A stretch of DNA of 63,807 bases, counting the filler, from Sphacelaria rigidula (Eukaryota): the NCBI GenBank assembly GCA_964200075.2. It is 9 parts of 9 records of this genome, joined end to end, with 100 filler letters (N's around TTAATTAATTAA, not from the genome) between each part and the next. Parts side by side here need not be neighbours in the genome. Positions count along the whole stretch, not along the records: positions 7,103 to 14,104 come from CAXNAA020017013.1; positions 14,205 to 21,205 come from CAXNAA020017014.1; positions 21,306 to 28,306 come from CAXNAA020017015.1; 6 more parts are not named here. One strand, 5' to 3'. How positions within the stretch are numbered: the stretch's first letter is position 1; every line of letters starts with the position of its first letter. Below are positions 12,990 to 24,870 of the stretch, piece by piece. Position numbers and translations under genes: made by a program. The notes under the pieces were generated by a model. That model saw only the letters and a list, made by a program, of their open reading frames with translations. It was not told the origin of the DNA and searched no databases.

Positions 12990-13699
12990 CTAATGAAGGA
13001 TACCTAAGAAAACAGAGCCGTACCAACAATCCTGTACCCCCTCCCACACCTCAAAAGCACGGAGGCATGGACTGCTTCGAGAAGCAGAAGAAGTGCTGAT
13101 CAGCGTGTTCCTCCAGAAGGAGGCGGGCAGCGGCGGCGTCAGCTTCGCGTTGCTGGTCGAGGATGTTTTGGGTGAGTGCTGGTGCTTGTGAGGCGTAGTC
13201 GTCAATGAGCTGCAGCTGCTCCGCGCGGGGGTGGGTTCTGAACAGCCTCAAGAGGAGGCCAGTCGAGCAGCGCCCGTCGCCGAGCGGAGGGAGAACCTCC
13301 CCGGATGAGGCGAACGCACGGGGGCATCATCGACGGGGCCAGTGGTCGGGCCACTGTCGGCGTCCGTGTCGCAGACGGGGCGGCGGTGGTCGTAGGAGCC
13401 GTCGTGCGGTCGGCAGAAGGCGCATCGGCCAAGTTAGCGGCGGCGGCAGCGGGAGGTGTTGTGGCAGCAGTAGCTGCAGGGACGCCGGTGGGCCCCGTAG
13501 TGATCTTGGCGGCAGCAGCAGTGGATCTGGAAGTGTCCATTGTTAGTAGGTGACGCTCGAGGTCTGTCAATCGTTGATGGAGAGACAGAATAAGCGCAGT
13601 ATCGGAGCGGGACGGTGGTTCACGGTCAGTGCGGAGTCGTCGGGTTGGCGATGAGGTGCGGCCGGATCCTTCAATTGAGGATTCCAGAGCCGATGACAT
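12990..13699 (-). pseudogene. Frameshifted Ala/Thr/Pro-rich ORF, possibly gag/ORF1-like
   Basis: ORF 13202-13699 (LHQRLTDLERHLL...) appears to continue after a frameshift (EQLQLIDDYASQ...). No diagnostic motif. Confidence 0.3.
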
Positions 13700-14104
13700 G
13701 TCCTAAAATATGTTTTGGATATCATCAGCACGTACAGTGTTGTCATCGCGTACATGACGGCGGCGTGACACATGCGGAGCGCGAGGGGTGCGCAGGGTTG
13801 CATGACCGGTGTTCTTCGAGCGCGAGTGAACGCGCGAAGAACTGGATCTGTGCCGCAAATTATCCTCGCGAGTACGGTCACGGTTGGCATTCACCGATCT
13901 CTTCGGAGCGCGCGAGGAATTGGAGCTGTGGCGTGGCCTATCGTTCGATGTGCGACCATGCGCTTATTCGTTCTCTCCAACAACGATTGACAGACCTCGA
14001 GCGTCACCTACTAACAATGGACACTTCCAGATCCACTGCTGCTGCCGCCAAGATCACTACGGGGCCCACCGGCGTCCCTGCAGCTACTGCTGCCACAACA
14101 CCTC
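13453..14104. repeat. Perfect 124-bp inverted repeat (13453-13576 / 13981-14104)
   Basis: Base-by-base reverse complement. The right arm runs into the contig end. Confidence 0.95.
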
Positions 14105-14204
14105 NNNNNNNNNNNNNNNNNNNNNNNNNNNNNNNNNNNNNNNNNNNNTTAATTAATTAANNNNNNNNNNNNNNNNNNNNNNNNNNNNNNNNNNNNNNNN
14201 NNNN
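14105..14204. other. Artificial contig spacer
   Basis: N44-TTAATTAATTAA-N44. Confidence 0.98.
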
Positions 14205-14271
14205 TCGTGGGCGTGCGGGCGTTGGTGGTGTGGGGTGTGGTCTTGTTTGGCCCGACGCGCGAGGGGGGCGC

Positions 14272-14314
<43 letters not shown>

Positions 14315-14486
14315 CGTAGGAAGACTCTTACATAAACAGAGAGCGTGGGAGAACTGAATGACTAACTGGTGTCCAAGTTTGACTGTTTTGGGAAGAACAA
14401 TACGCGAGGAACGTCAACATGTACTGCGACAATGCTGTGCCCCACGATTTATATGGTTGATTGGATGACTCGTTGATCATGGGACA

Positions 14487-14595
14487 TTAACCCTTCGACC
14501 ACCAGGGTGGGTTATCTGGGTCTTTCGGTCGCGTTTCAAGCGAAAATGACGCCGGGTCAACATATGACCCAGCACCGTGGCGGTCAAGAGGTTCA
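14487..14595. mobile_element. Tiny piggyBac-like MITE
   Basis: TTAA|CCCTTCGACCACCAGGGTG ... CACCGTGGCGGTCAAGAGG|TTCA, imperfect TIRs. Confidence 0.45.
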
Positions 14596-14669
14596 CTGAT
14601 CCATTACGACTCTTGCCATAACCACAAGATAGATATACCGGGGGGAGCAACATCAGCGTGGGTACGTGA

Positions 14670-14779
14670 CACGGGTGGCCACTGGGGTGCCTTTAACCTC
14701 ATATTTGGACGTTACAGACGTTGTACAAGGCCTGTAACGTCCATAGTTGACGTGACAGACACTCCAGTTGCCACCCGTG
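14670..14779. mobile_element. Small MITE with ~20-bp TIRs
   Basis: CACGGGTGGCCACTGGGGTG ... CACTCCAGTTGCCACCCGTG. Confidence 0.6.
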
Positions 14780-15048
14780 CAGAGAAACTCACCGCAGGAG
14801 GCAAAGTGGTACGCGGTTGCCCGATTGGTTAGCTAATTGTCGCATACAAACTGAACCGCTACGAACCCATCCCAGATCACAAGGTGGACGTACCCGAGGT
14901 AGATCAACGAGAAACAGAAACGCTCGGTAGCGAAAACCCGAGAAGGTGTGCATGTATAATTACACAATTCTACTCATGACTCGAAGTCCATACAGTATGT
15001 ATTGTTTTCCCCCTTACAATCTGCCCCCACACCCCCTACCCCCGAGCG

Positions 15049-16180
15049 ATGCTAGAGAAGGAAGGAAACACCAGCGAGGAGCAAGCAGGTTTTAAACCTA
15101 ACCGAAGTTGCGTAGAAGACCACGTGTACACATTAGGTCAGATTATTCGAGGTAGGAACGACGCCGGGTCGAAAACGTACTGTTTCTTCCGACACGTACA
15201 AAAGGTCCTCAACACAGTATGGAGAAATGGGTTGCAGAAACAAGCGTGGGAAACTGGGATCAGAGGAAAGGGGTGAAGAATGGTGATAAAGAGGGCAGCT
15301 TGTGCGAGAAGTGCCACGATGCTAGATGGGAAAATATTGAACTATTTCGATATTTTACAAGGAGTTGCACAAGGATGTACGCTGTCACCCACTTTATTTA
15401 AGGTATATGTTAATGGCCTGAAAATAGGAATAGAAGGAGCAAGGCAGGGAGTCAGGGCGAGGGAAGATACGGTCTCAGGACTGATGTTCGCGGACGATTT
15501 TGTGGGGATATTAGAAACCTCATAGTGATTGCAGAAACAAATACAGAAGTAGCCAGGATCCACTAGGAAATGGAGAGTGAAAGCGAACGCAAACAAATGC
15601 GCGGTACTTCTATGTAACGGATATAAGGAAAACCCGGTAGAGATCAAATAATGGAAGTGGGAAGAACAGGAACAGCCAATCGTAGACCACGAAACAAACC
15701 TTCGTGTAGATATATAAAAAATAAATGTTTTGGGATGGACACATAAATAAAGTCATTGAAAAGGATAAGCCACCGATAATCAAGATGGGCTTGATCCCAA
15801 GAGATTCGCACCTAGATACTAGGATCAAAACATGTGTTTCGATGAATGTGATTGTATCGAAATTGCGCTATGCAGGAGAAATGTGGGAAAGGGACACGAA
15901 GTTGCTGAAGAAACTGGAAACGAAAACACTGTGATGCTCAAAAACGACGAGTGATACAACATTCCGACGCTCATTAGAAGATAGCTGGTGGCCACAGACG
16001 GCAAAACAAGTCGGGGATAGGATAAGTTAAAGCGTTTTGGCCATGTATGGAAGAAACGTAATGGGCGCCGAAATTTTGGAGGTGTCTTTAATAGGAGTAG
16101 GGACGATGCATTGTCTCAAAAGCGATGCGTGATCATTGGACAAACGGCTAGGCAAGCAACGAATGAGCACCCCCCCCCCC
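15049..16180 (+). pseudogene. LINE reverse transcriptase pseudogene with 3' tail
   Basis: EEQAGFKPNRSC, TVWRNGL, QGVAQGCTLSPTLF, LMFADDFVG, WRVKANANKC. Several stops and frameshifts. Ends in the shared tail plus a C-run. Confidence 0.93.
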
Positions 16181-17159
16181 GCGCGAGTGCGCGCCCGTCC
16201 CCCGGCTCCCCTGCTAACCCCTCCCTGGGTACGACTGGTTTTCACTCACGAAGCCTTCGTTGGGACCGAACTCTGTCTTGGCGAAGTCGAAGATGATACC
16301 CGCGCCGTCCAAAACAGTGAACCTCATGTTGGTGAACCTAAAATGTCGCGTGCGTGCACACGGGAAACGGTAGACGCACGGGTGATTTTCGTTTTATCTT
16401 GCATTGCTTGTTGCTATTCGAGGGAAGTCTCTATCAGATTAATGCGTCTTGGGTATGCTGCAGTGCATATTCATACCGTCGATGTACTTTTTGTGCTGAT
16501 GGAGTCTGTGGTGCAGTACAGGGCGGTGCATTACGGACACTATACAATTTGTTTCGTCTTCGTGGCTCTGAGAGGGGACAATGCGCTGATTGTTCACGGT
16601 CAACTGTTATGCGCAAGAGGTATCATGCCCTGAGCATCTATTGAAGACGTATAACCTTTTCACATTGGTGACACCAAGATATGATTCTGACTGACTGCGG
16701 GGTGGGCCAGCCGAGAAGCGGATCTGCAGGTTGCAAGAAGATTCTCACCTCAATTTTGAGAGTTGCACTCTCAACTTTGGTAGGGAAAATGAATGTTGGG
16801 CATATATGTGCTGGACCTTGAAGCACGGTAATATGTATATATATATATATATATACGCGTGTGTGTTCAAGATGATGTTTTTCAGGATCGACCTCGCGAA
16901 CTTTCAGAAGCATCACAATATTTTCGAAATGAAGGTGAAAATGCACGACACGGCCGTGATGTGTGGCCTCGTTCATTCTCAACAGATTCTATCCGCGCTT
17001 TGTGAAATTTCGTGCTCATACCGATCAAGTTCGCCCTTCGTTCATTCTCGTACCAAAAATTGTTCTTATACTTGTCAGACTCCCGTGCTGAAGCAAGATT
17101 TTATGAAGGGCAAAATACAAAAATGGGTGTAGTCCCCCTTATTTTTGCTAATCCATCTA

Positions 17160-17916
17160 GGTACAGGTAACCACGCAAGTTGGAGCTGTCCGTGCTAGGT
17201 CCAAACCACTCAAAAATCAATCCTCACGCAAACGCAAGGCGCCCACAGTCCATGCAGAGCTGTACACTAACCTTCGCGAAAAAAGAGCGCGGTCTCACGG
17301 CGGAATAGCGCCGCGGGAAACAGGAGCCTTGCAGAGTACCCTATTTTGTCTGAAAATGGGAGTAGGTATGCCTTGCAAACGCTACTCAGTTTATATTGCA
17401 CCTCATTCTGTCTTATAATGTCTAGTGCTATGTTCAAAATGTCCCTCAATTCGGCCAAGATGGGCCTTCCACAGCCGCCGCCGAACCCAGCGCACGGCAC
17501 GAAACGGAATGAACGCAGAACTTCTTCGACCCTTCTTCACACCTCTTTTTACGGCCCGGAGATGCAAGTGCTCACGTTTCTTTTCCCATTTTTCTACGGC
17601 CTAGAGACACAGAAGCCCACGCTTCTCTTTACTTCTTTTTATGGTCCGGAGATGCAACAATACACCAAAATGAGGTACAAGATCAACGTAGAAGTGTTTG
17701 CTGGGTACACCTACTCCATTTTTGGACAAAATAGGGTACTCTGCAAGACCCTTGTTTCTCGCGGCGCTATTCCGCCGTGAGACCGCGCTCTTTTTTCGCG
17801 AAAGTTAGTGTACATGCTCTGCATGGACTGTGGGCACCTTGCCTTTGTGTAGGGAATGACTTTGGAGTGGTTTAGGCCTAGCATGGACAGCTCCCACTTG
17901 TGTGGTTCCTTGTACC
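17160..17916. mobile_element. Foldback/MITE with ~210-bp TIRs and TA TSD
   Basis: 17160-17370 is the imperfect reverse complement of 17705-17916. Flanked by TA at 17158-9 and 17917-8. Short internal degenerate repeats at 17520-17660. Confidence 0.85.
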
Positions 17917-18183
17917 TATGTTTTGGCTAAAATAGAGTGGATTATAGAGCTACCCGATTTTGTCGGTCGGTTGCCCCTTGACAAATTGCGGACGGCGTTA
18001 GTCGTTTGTGTGAGCATCGCCACATATCACGACTACATAGTGCATGTGTTTTTTTCGATAGTATTCATGACGGCTTCCAACGTTCACCCTGAAAAAGAGA
18101 CATCCTCAAGTTGTAAAATCCAGTGTTTTGAGTTTTTGTTCATGAACGAAGGGCAAAAAACAAGATACACGTACTTATCACTA

Positions 18184-18445
18184 AGAGTGATGCTACGGCA
18201 GGGGTGCACACAAATTTTTTTCTGAGGTTAAAATTGTTAGGAGCTCTTTATCTCATGCAAAACGCGACCTATGAAAATATGTGAAAGTGCACCAGGATTT
18301 CTACTCCAATGTTATGGGGATATCCCGAATGAATTTGCAAACGGGGATGTCCTGCACCATATTTTTGTGCATCTTGAATCGTTAGGAGCCCCTGAACTAG
18401 ACATAATATCGCGAAAAAAGTGCACCCCTACCGTAGCATTGCTCC
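18184..18445. mobile_element. Tourist/PIF-Harbinger-like MITE
   Basis: TIRs AGAGTGATGCTACGGCAGGGGTGCAC / GTGCACCCCTACCGTAGCATTGCTCC, with CTA/TAA flanks. Confidence 0.7.
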
Positions 18446-19639
18446 TAAAATGTCCCTAATTCGTGAAAAAGAGAAGAACCGAAATACTTGCTTCCATTAG
18501 GATGGCCGTGGGACGGTCGTGGGATGCATCCAATACATTTTTTTTTATTCATATGACATTGACCCCATCAACAACCGGAAATCTAAAACTCAGGATATCA
18601 AGAAAAGTTTTGTATTGACGCCTGGAACAGTTTCACTGCCGAAATGCCCCTCTTTTAGGTCTTATACGAGGCCTTATACGCTCTTGTAATAGGTCCCCAA
18701 CGACGGCTCTGACATCCCCGACCAGGGTCTTGACGTGCAGCTGTAAGTAAACGGCATTGCTACACGCACAACATAACACATGAAATTAAAAAATAGCCAA
18801 GTTAGAGCGAATAATGAAACTCACTCTAAATTAAAAGCTAGACATTCAATCTGCGGCGGAAAAGTTGTTATATTTGGTGCGGAACAGACGGCGGTGGCGG
18901 ACGAGAAAAAATCGAGGGGAAATGCAGGCAAGATACGGTTTTGAGAACATTATGCTCCTACGAGAGATTGGCCATCTTGAGGGCTGCGTCCGTCCTCAGG
19001 TCGTTGAATCTAGGTTTGTGGAGCATCCTGCTCTATGCTGCATCATGTGAATCAACCTGAAAGTGGCTATACTCAACGGTAAAACAGTCAATGGTAATCT
19101 GATGTCTAAGTTTCTCGACCAAGCGTAAGTCTGCACATCTGGAAAGATATATCAAGAGAAGGAAGACATTCTGCTTTTCCCCCAGCAACAGCTGCACGGG
19201 AGGTTCAGAAAACCCAAATATGGTGGAGGTGAACACGGTGTGTACTAGAAAATGGATGCGCAAATGGAGAGCAGAAGTGGGGATATTTCTTGCCGTCCGT
19301 AAAGAGTAAACACCTCGTGAGGAGCGAGCCAGACGGCAGGCTTGCAGGCTTCCCGGCATGGTGACGTAGGTACAAACTCTACAACCGGATTGACGAGAAA
19401 GCGGTCGGCGGACAGCGATCACGTCTTAGTTTACCGACGGTTGATGAACTGCGTGTGTAAAGTCCCCTTTAAACATTTATTGCAAAAAATAATCCGCTGT
19501 TTTGAGAGAACAAAAAGAGTCGCTCAGAAGAGAGCACGATGAACCTCAGCCGATTTATTATACGACAGAGGGAGTATTTCATTTCAAGGTACACAGTATT
19601 GCATAAAAGGGCTATTGTTCAGGATAAAAACATTCTTAC

Positions 19640-19804
19640 TTGGTGGTGCTGGCGCCGGTGAGCGTGAGCACGCCTCCTTCGATGACGAACTCTTCCAGTA
19701 CGTTGTCAGCCAGGATAGGGCATTCCACAGCGCCGCTGGGGAAACCGATGGTCGTGTCCCCTGCCATGTTGGCGATGAAAGCCCTCAGGTCATCACAGCT
19801 CGCT
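19640..19804 (-). CDS. Orphan internal exon (55 codons), possibly of a secreted or surface protein
   Basis: Acceptor ...AACAACAG| and donor |GTAAG. Open frame ASCDDLRAFIANMAGDTTIGFPSGAVECPILADNVLEEFVIEGGVLTLTGASTT with GC3-rich codons. Confidence 0.6.
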
Positions 19805-21134
19805 CTGTTGTTTTTTTCGTCATGTAATTTTCACAAGCAAACAAATACAGCGATTCAGTGAACGCGCACTACACGACGGCAGCAAGGTATTGCTTCATTC
19901 ATGTCTGATGGAAAAAGAAAACGAACCACACGAAACATTTCTCGATTAAAGGGGATGAGGTGCAGTTGTGCCAACACCAGATAATAATACAGGCTCAGAC
20001 AACCACTTCCACGGATTTGTCTCGAGGAAACTAGGAGGGAGGCTGGGGGGGGGGCAAAGGTAGGGCACAATACAATGATGAGAAAATCGTAGAGCTATTT
20101 GAAAGCGAACGATGAAGACCGCGAGTGCGCCTTGGTAATCCAGATGGATGCAAGGCCCATCCATCCATTGGTGAAGTTGGGGATTCGACTCCTGGAGTCG
20201 CGTATTCTTCGAAGCTCAAGTTCGTGAGAGAACAGCGCCCGAGCAGATCGAGGAGATCGTTCTGGCGTATACTGCCGCCTATGCCACCATGCAACGGCGA
20301 TCCTGCACCTGGGAACGAGATTTTCCCATGAGAACGAACTGAGGTCGAAATTGTGTACGATATTGAACTTAGTACTTGCAAAGGTTTTTCTCAATATCAC
20401 ATACATACAATTCCGACCTCAGTTAACTCCCGTATACAAATCTCGTTCCCAATTCACACAATCGGCCGTAATGTGCGGCGCCTATGAGGGAGTGGGGGTA
20501 CAGCGCACCCACCGTGTTTCAATACAAGGTAGGCACGCACAAGACGATAAAAGTCGTTTACTCTTGCAGTCAGTCTTGGGAACGACGGGTCATCAGTTAC
20601 GATAATAGTACCCAGTGATAATGCAACAAAATGATTCACGGTTCGGACGGATTATCGACGGTTCGAATCACCAACTACGCCCGCGATTTCCCAGGGCTGA
20701 TTCCTTCAAAGAGAGTGAAAACTTGACCGATGGTCAAAAAGGTCTCCACGCAATGTTTGCGCCATTCCACGTGCCTAGGGTGCGCGTTCCTTGGTTGTAA
20801 CTCTAGAAACAAAGCCTAAGGATTGCTTCGCACGGCACGAATCAATTTTTACTACAATCAAGTAACTTCCAGACGGATGATTAATGAGTCCGATCGTTGA
20901 AATGATTGATTTGCTTGATTTGCTTGATTGTTTGGTTGTAGCACTTGATCTGATCCCCAAGGGATCCAGCCGTGGTCACATGATGGGCGTACCCGAGAAA
21001 AAAATGAAAATGGAAACACGCGCTGAAAAATAAAGTGAACAAAACAGAAAGCTACAGCAGACCGAGTAGACCAAGAGAAAGGAAGAAAAAAGGAAAGAAC
21101 AAATTTAAATCAAAGCGAAGACAAAACAACCAAA

Positions 21135-21205
21135 AACAGCCAATCATCTATGTTGAGGATGGTGCTTTTGATTGAGGATGAGAACCCGGAGGATTAAAAT
21201 CTTCG
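21135..21205 (+). repeat. Same TIR arm as 6930-7002, cut at the same base
   Basis: Both end ...GAGGATTAAAATCTTCG. Confidence 0.85.
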
Positions 21206-21305
21206 NNNNNNNNNNNNNNNNNNNNNNNNNNNNNNNNNNNNNNNNNNNNTTAATTAATTAANNNNNNNNNNNNNNNNNNNNNNNNNNNNNNNNNNNNNNN
21301 NNNNN
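21206..21305. other. Artificial contig spacer
   Basis: N44-TTAATTAATTAA-N44. Confidence 0.98.
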
Positions 21306-21559
21306 TTTTGTTTTGTGGTGGTTGTGTGATGTGGTGGTGGCGGATACTCATTTGTTGCTTGCCTTAGTCGTTTGACCATGGACCACGCATCCTTTTCGAG
21401 ACGGAGCACCGTTCCGGGTGGGGCACAGGGGCAATGACAGGGGATGAGACTCAGTCCACGCGAGAGAGCCCTTGGTGCGTGCCGTTTCTTCATCGCAACA
21501 TGCCAATCGATTTGGCATCAGCTGTTTTGTCTGCTTTCCGCACGATTTTGCGTGCTCGA

Positions 21560-21965
21560 CTACGAACGAACACAATGTGAATTGGGTGTCAAGACTTCTG
21601 TAGGAGGTGTATATAATGGGCAGAAACATGATTTAGTGCACTGTAAAAGGCATAGATGTGGACTATATAAGGAGAAGCGAGACGTGTTAGAGGGGAAAAT
21701 ATGGGAAGTAAACGAGAGCGTTATGAAATCATTCGGAACATTACACAGTAGCGAGAAAATCGAGATACTAGGAGATAGATGGCATGGCCGAAGACGGCGA
21801 AACAGGAAGGGGATAAGATATGTGTAGGGGTTTTGTGTACGTAATGCACGGAAGAAATGTAGTGAGCGCGCAAATGTTTGAGTTGCTTCTACTAGGAATA
21901 GGAACAGTGCTCCGTCTCGAGAGGGATGCATGGCCAATGGTGAAATGACGAAGGCAAACAACATG
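21560..21965 (+). mobile_element. LINE 3' fragment (ORF2 C-terminus and tail); an inverted short tail lies at 21345-21415
   Basis: H..CGLYKEKRDVLEGKIWEVN...ILGDRW followed by the shared tail. Confidence 0.75.
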
Positions 21966-22244
21966 AGGACGCGTAAATAACGTGCATTTTGCTGCTCTTG
22001 TGGCCGTTTCCTTTATACTAGAACACATGAAGAATGACGCACACGAGAGCAACACTCACTCCAGCCACTCACTATATGAGTTCTACTCTATATTGTCTTT
22101 CCCTTGCTCAAAAAAATAAATCAAACGACCAACCTCCATCCATCCATCCATCCATCCATCCATCTATCCAATTAATTAATTAATTAATTAAATTATTATT
22201 ATATATATATTATTATTTATTGCTTTGCCACCGGGGCAATTCTA

Positions 22245-22567
22245 ACAGCCGATCATCGAAATCGAGGACGGAGCTTTTCATTGAGGATGAGAACCCGGAA
22301 GATTAAGATCGTCGTACCCACACCAAATCTTCGAAATATGGTTCCATTCTTTCAGCTACTGGTAGTTATTGACAACTGCTACATGCCCTACAAATTTGGG
22401 TTTCGATAACCGAAATATTGGCGTCCTGAGTGAGAAAACAATTTCGGGGAATTTCGGCTTAGGAACACAGAGCGCCGATATTTAAAGCGTACTTCGAAGA
22501 TTTGGTGTGGATACGAAGATCTTAATCCTCCGGGTTTTCATCCCCAATAAAAGTTTCATCCCCGAAT
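22245..22567. mobile_element. MITE with ~75-bp TIRs
   Basis: GAGGATGAGAACCCGGAAGATTAAGATC...CCAAATCTTCGAA (to 22335) is inverted at 22493-22567. Confidence 0.8.
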
Positions 22568-22582
22568 CGTAAAATCCCATGT

Positions 22583-22690
22583 CGTTCCGCCCTCGCCCGA
22601 GGGTCCTCGGTGTGCGTTGGGTTAGGGTTAGGGTTAAGGGTAAGGGTAACGATACTTGTAAAATTGTGTCAACCATTCTAAAACGTACCC
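22583..22690 (+). repeat. Dispersed repeat with internal TTAGGG tract
   Basis: Near-identical to 24322-24421, and related in reverse to 24605-24690 and 41150-41230. Confidence 0.75.
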
Positions 22691-22920
22691 CAAAGATAGT
22701 TAACCAGCCTCCGTCGATACGCCGTCTAGCTGATAATCGGAAGTGACATCCCAGCCTAGGCTCCCGATGGTAAATTCAAGGCTTATGCCACCTGATCACG
22801 AATATTTTACGTGCTAGTTCGAATGAGAGATTTTGATGTGGTCAGCAACGTAATTGTAGCAAGCATTGTTTGAACAATTCAACCATACTTTATCGATAGC
22901 CACCCAATACGTGGAATCGG

Positions 22921-23322
22921 GAAACCCCCATGTCATGACGAAGTTATTCCGATTATCATGTACAATGAGAGGGTACCCTACCGGTCGAGTGCCATTCCCA
23001 GGAATCGAACGCTCACCGTCGTCAGTTTTTCCCTTCATTGAAAAACATTTCGCGCTCCGGACCCCAAGGATTGGATTTTCATTGGTTCCGATTATTTTCC
23101 GAGCCGTCGTTGGGCTATATGTGAAACCCCCATGTCATGACGAAGTTATTCCGATCATTATGTACAATGAGAGGGTCCCCTATCGGTCGGGTGTCATTCC
23201 CAAGAATCGAACGCTCACCGTCGTCAGTTTTTCCCTTCATTGAAAAACATTTCGCGCTCCGGACCCCAAGGATTAGATTTTCATTGGTTCCGATTATTTT
23301 CCGAGCCGTCGTTGGGCTATAT
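22921..23322 (+). repeat. Tandem duplication, 2 x ~202 bp
   Basis: GAAACCCCCATGTCATGACGAAG starts at 22921 and 23123. The overlapping ORF translations are near-identical. Confidence 0.92.
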
Positions 23323-23757
23323 ATTATGAAATGGTTGCACACACAAACGTCATGTTGTTGCCAGGTGGCTGGTGCAGGTGTACGATGGTCGTTGGCATTT
23401 TCTCAGACCAAGGAAAGATTCGAGCCGGAACTTAACGATTGGGACCTACGTTACAGACCGCGAAGATGTCAACAGTCTCATGCGATAACGAACTCGAACT
23501 GCTGTGACCCATGACGCGTCGTGTTTTTTCTTGACATAAAGAGGCGAGACATCACACGCGAATCATCAACCGGCGCATTTAGCCTTGATACTCTTTCGTC
23601 TCGGGCTCGTGAATCCTATCTTAGGGGCATCTGCTGACAATATATTTCAGTAGAGTTTACCAGCATTGGGCTTCGTTTTAGAATCGTTGGTATCACTTGA
23701 CTTGCGTCTCAACCACGAGGATCGGAATTTTAGTAAGGCTGGTAGTCCCGTGTGCTC

Positions 23758-24228
23758 TGTGACGATTTATAGGCAACCGATTAGACTACCGTGCAGTCAG
23801 CACTGACTGTACGGTAGTCGAATCGGTTGCCTATAATCGTCACAAAAGCTAGTCGTGGCAGTTCGATCCCCGTCACTTTCACTCCGAGGAGGGCGACTCC
23901 CCTTGCCAGCGCTGTTCAACTATTGGTGCATACGGTATCGGTCTAATGTTGCCACACGTATCCATTCGGAGTTACTCATCTCCCCCACTCATTTCCAGAG
24001 TGTGTGCACTGGGGTCCCTAGCAGTCAACCCGGGGACTGGACTCTCCCCCATCACCCTCTTTTATTACCGGAGGTAGGGTTTTCCTCTTTTTCTTCAAAG
24101 AAAGTGCGTTCGACGGGAATCGAACCAGCGACTAAGTTTTTGTGACGATTTGTAGGCAACCGATTAGACTACCGTACAGTCAGCGCTGACTGTACGGTAG
24201 TCTAATCGGTTGCCTACAAACCGTCACA
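23758..24228. mobile_element. Non-autonomous TGT...ACA element (Ginger-like) with palindromic, tRNA-like TIRs
   Basis: 4-bp TSD GCTC (23754-7, 24229-32). Palindromes at 23758-23844 and 24141-24228. B-box-like motifs at 23860-23870 (+) and 24115-24126 (-). Confidence 0.85.
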
Positions 24229-24604
24229 GCTCCTCGCGTGCACAGCACGCGTTCTCGTTTAAATCCGCGCCACAGGCGTCGGTTTGGGGTCTACCAAACC
24301 CGCACTTTGCTGAGGGAATATGTGTTCCGCCCTTGCCCGAGGGTCCTCGGTATGCGTTGGGTTGGTGTTAGGGTTAGGGTTAGCGATACTTGTAAAATTG
24401 CGTCAACCATTCTAAAACGTAGCCTACCGACGATTAAGCCGTAGACCGCGGTGCGGGTAGTCCATCTGGATCACGCTTTGTACATAATTTTTGCAAGTGA
24501 AAATTGATGCCGATTCAGCAGGTGACCTACCCCCGCGGTCTAAGGGAGGGGACCTAAAGAAATGTTCGTAGATAATGGTTGATGGGGAACATCACGAAAT
24601 GTTA

Positions 24605-24870
24605 CAAACTAACACTAACACTAACACTAACACTAACCCTAACTCTAACCCAGACCCAAGGCGCACGAGACCCTCGGACGAGGAGGGTGCATAGATTCTC
24701 CCAGGCAAAGTGTGCGTTGGCAGCCTTCAAATCGTCGCGGCAGGCGCCGATTTCGACAAAAACACGTTCTGGACGAGCTGGGTCCACTGCTCACCTGCCC
24801 CAAACCATATTTTTTCAATAAATGTTTCAAGTCTAAAATCGAGTAGGTATCCCTGTCAACCATTGTGTAC
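24605..24870 (+). repeat. Dispersed repeat with (CCCTAA)-like tract; second copy at 41150-41395
   Basis: Shared GCAGGCGCCGATTTCGAC..AAACACGTTCTGGACGAGCTGGG.CCACTGCTCACCTGCCCC. Confidence 0.8.

Noticed and set aside
24105-24175. Functional tRNA gene
   Set aside because: A/B boxes are present, but there is no convincing acceptor or anticodon stem. It is part of a TIR.
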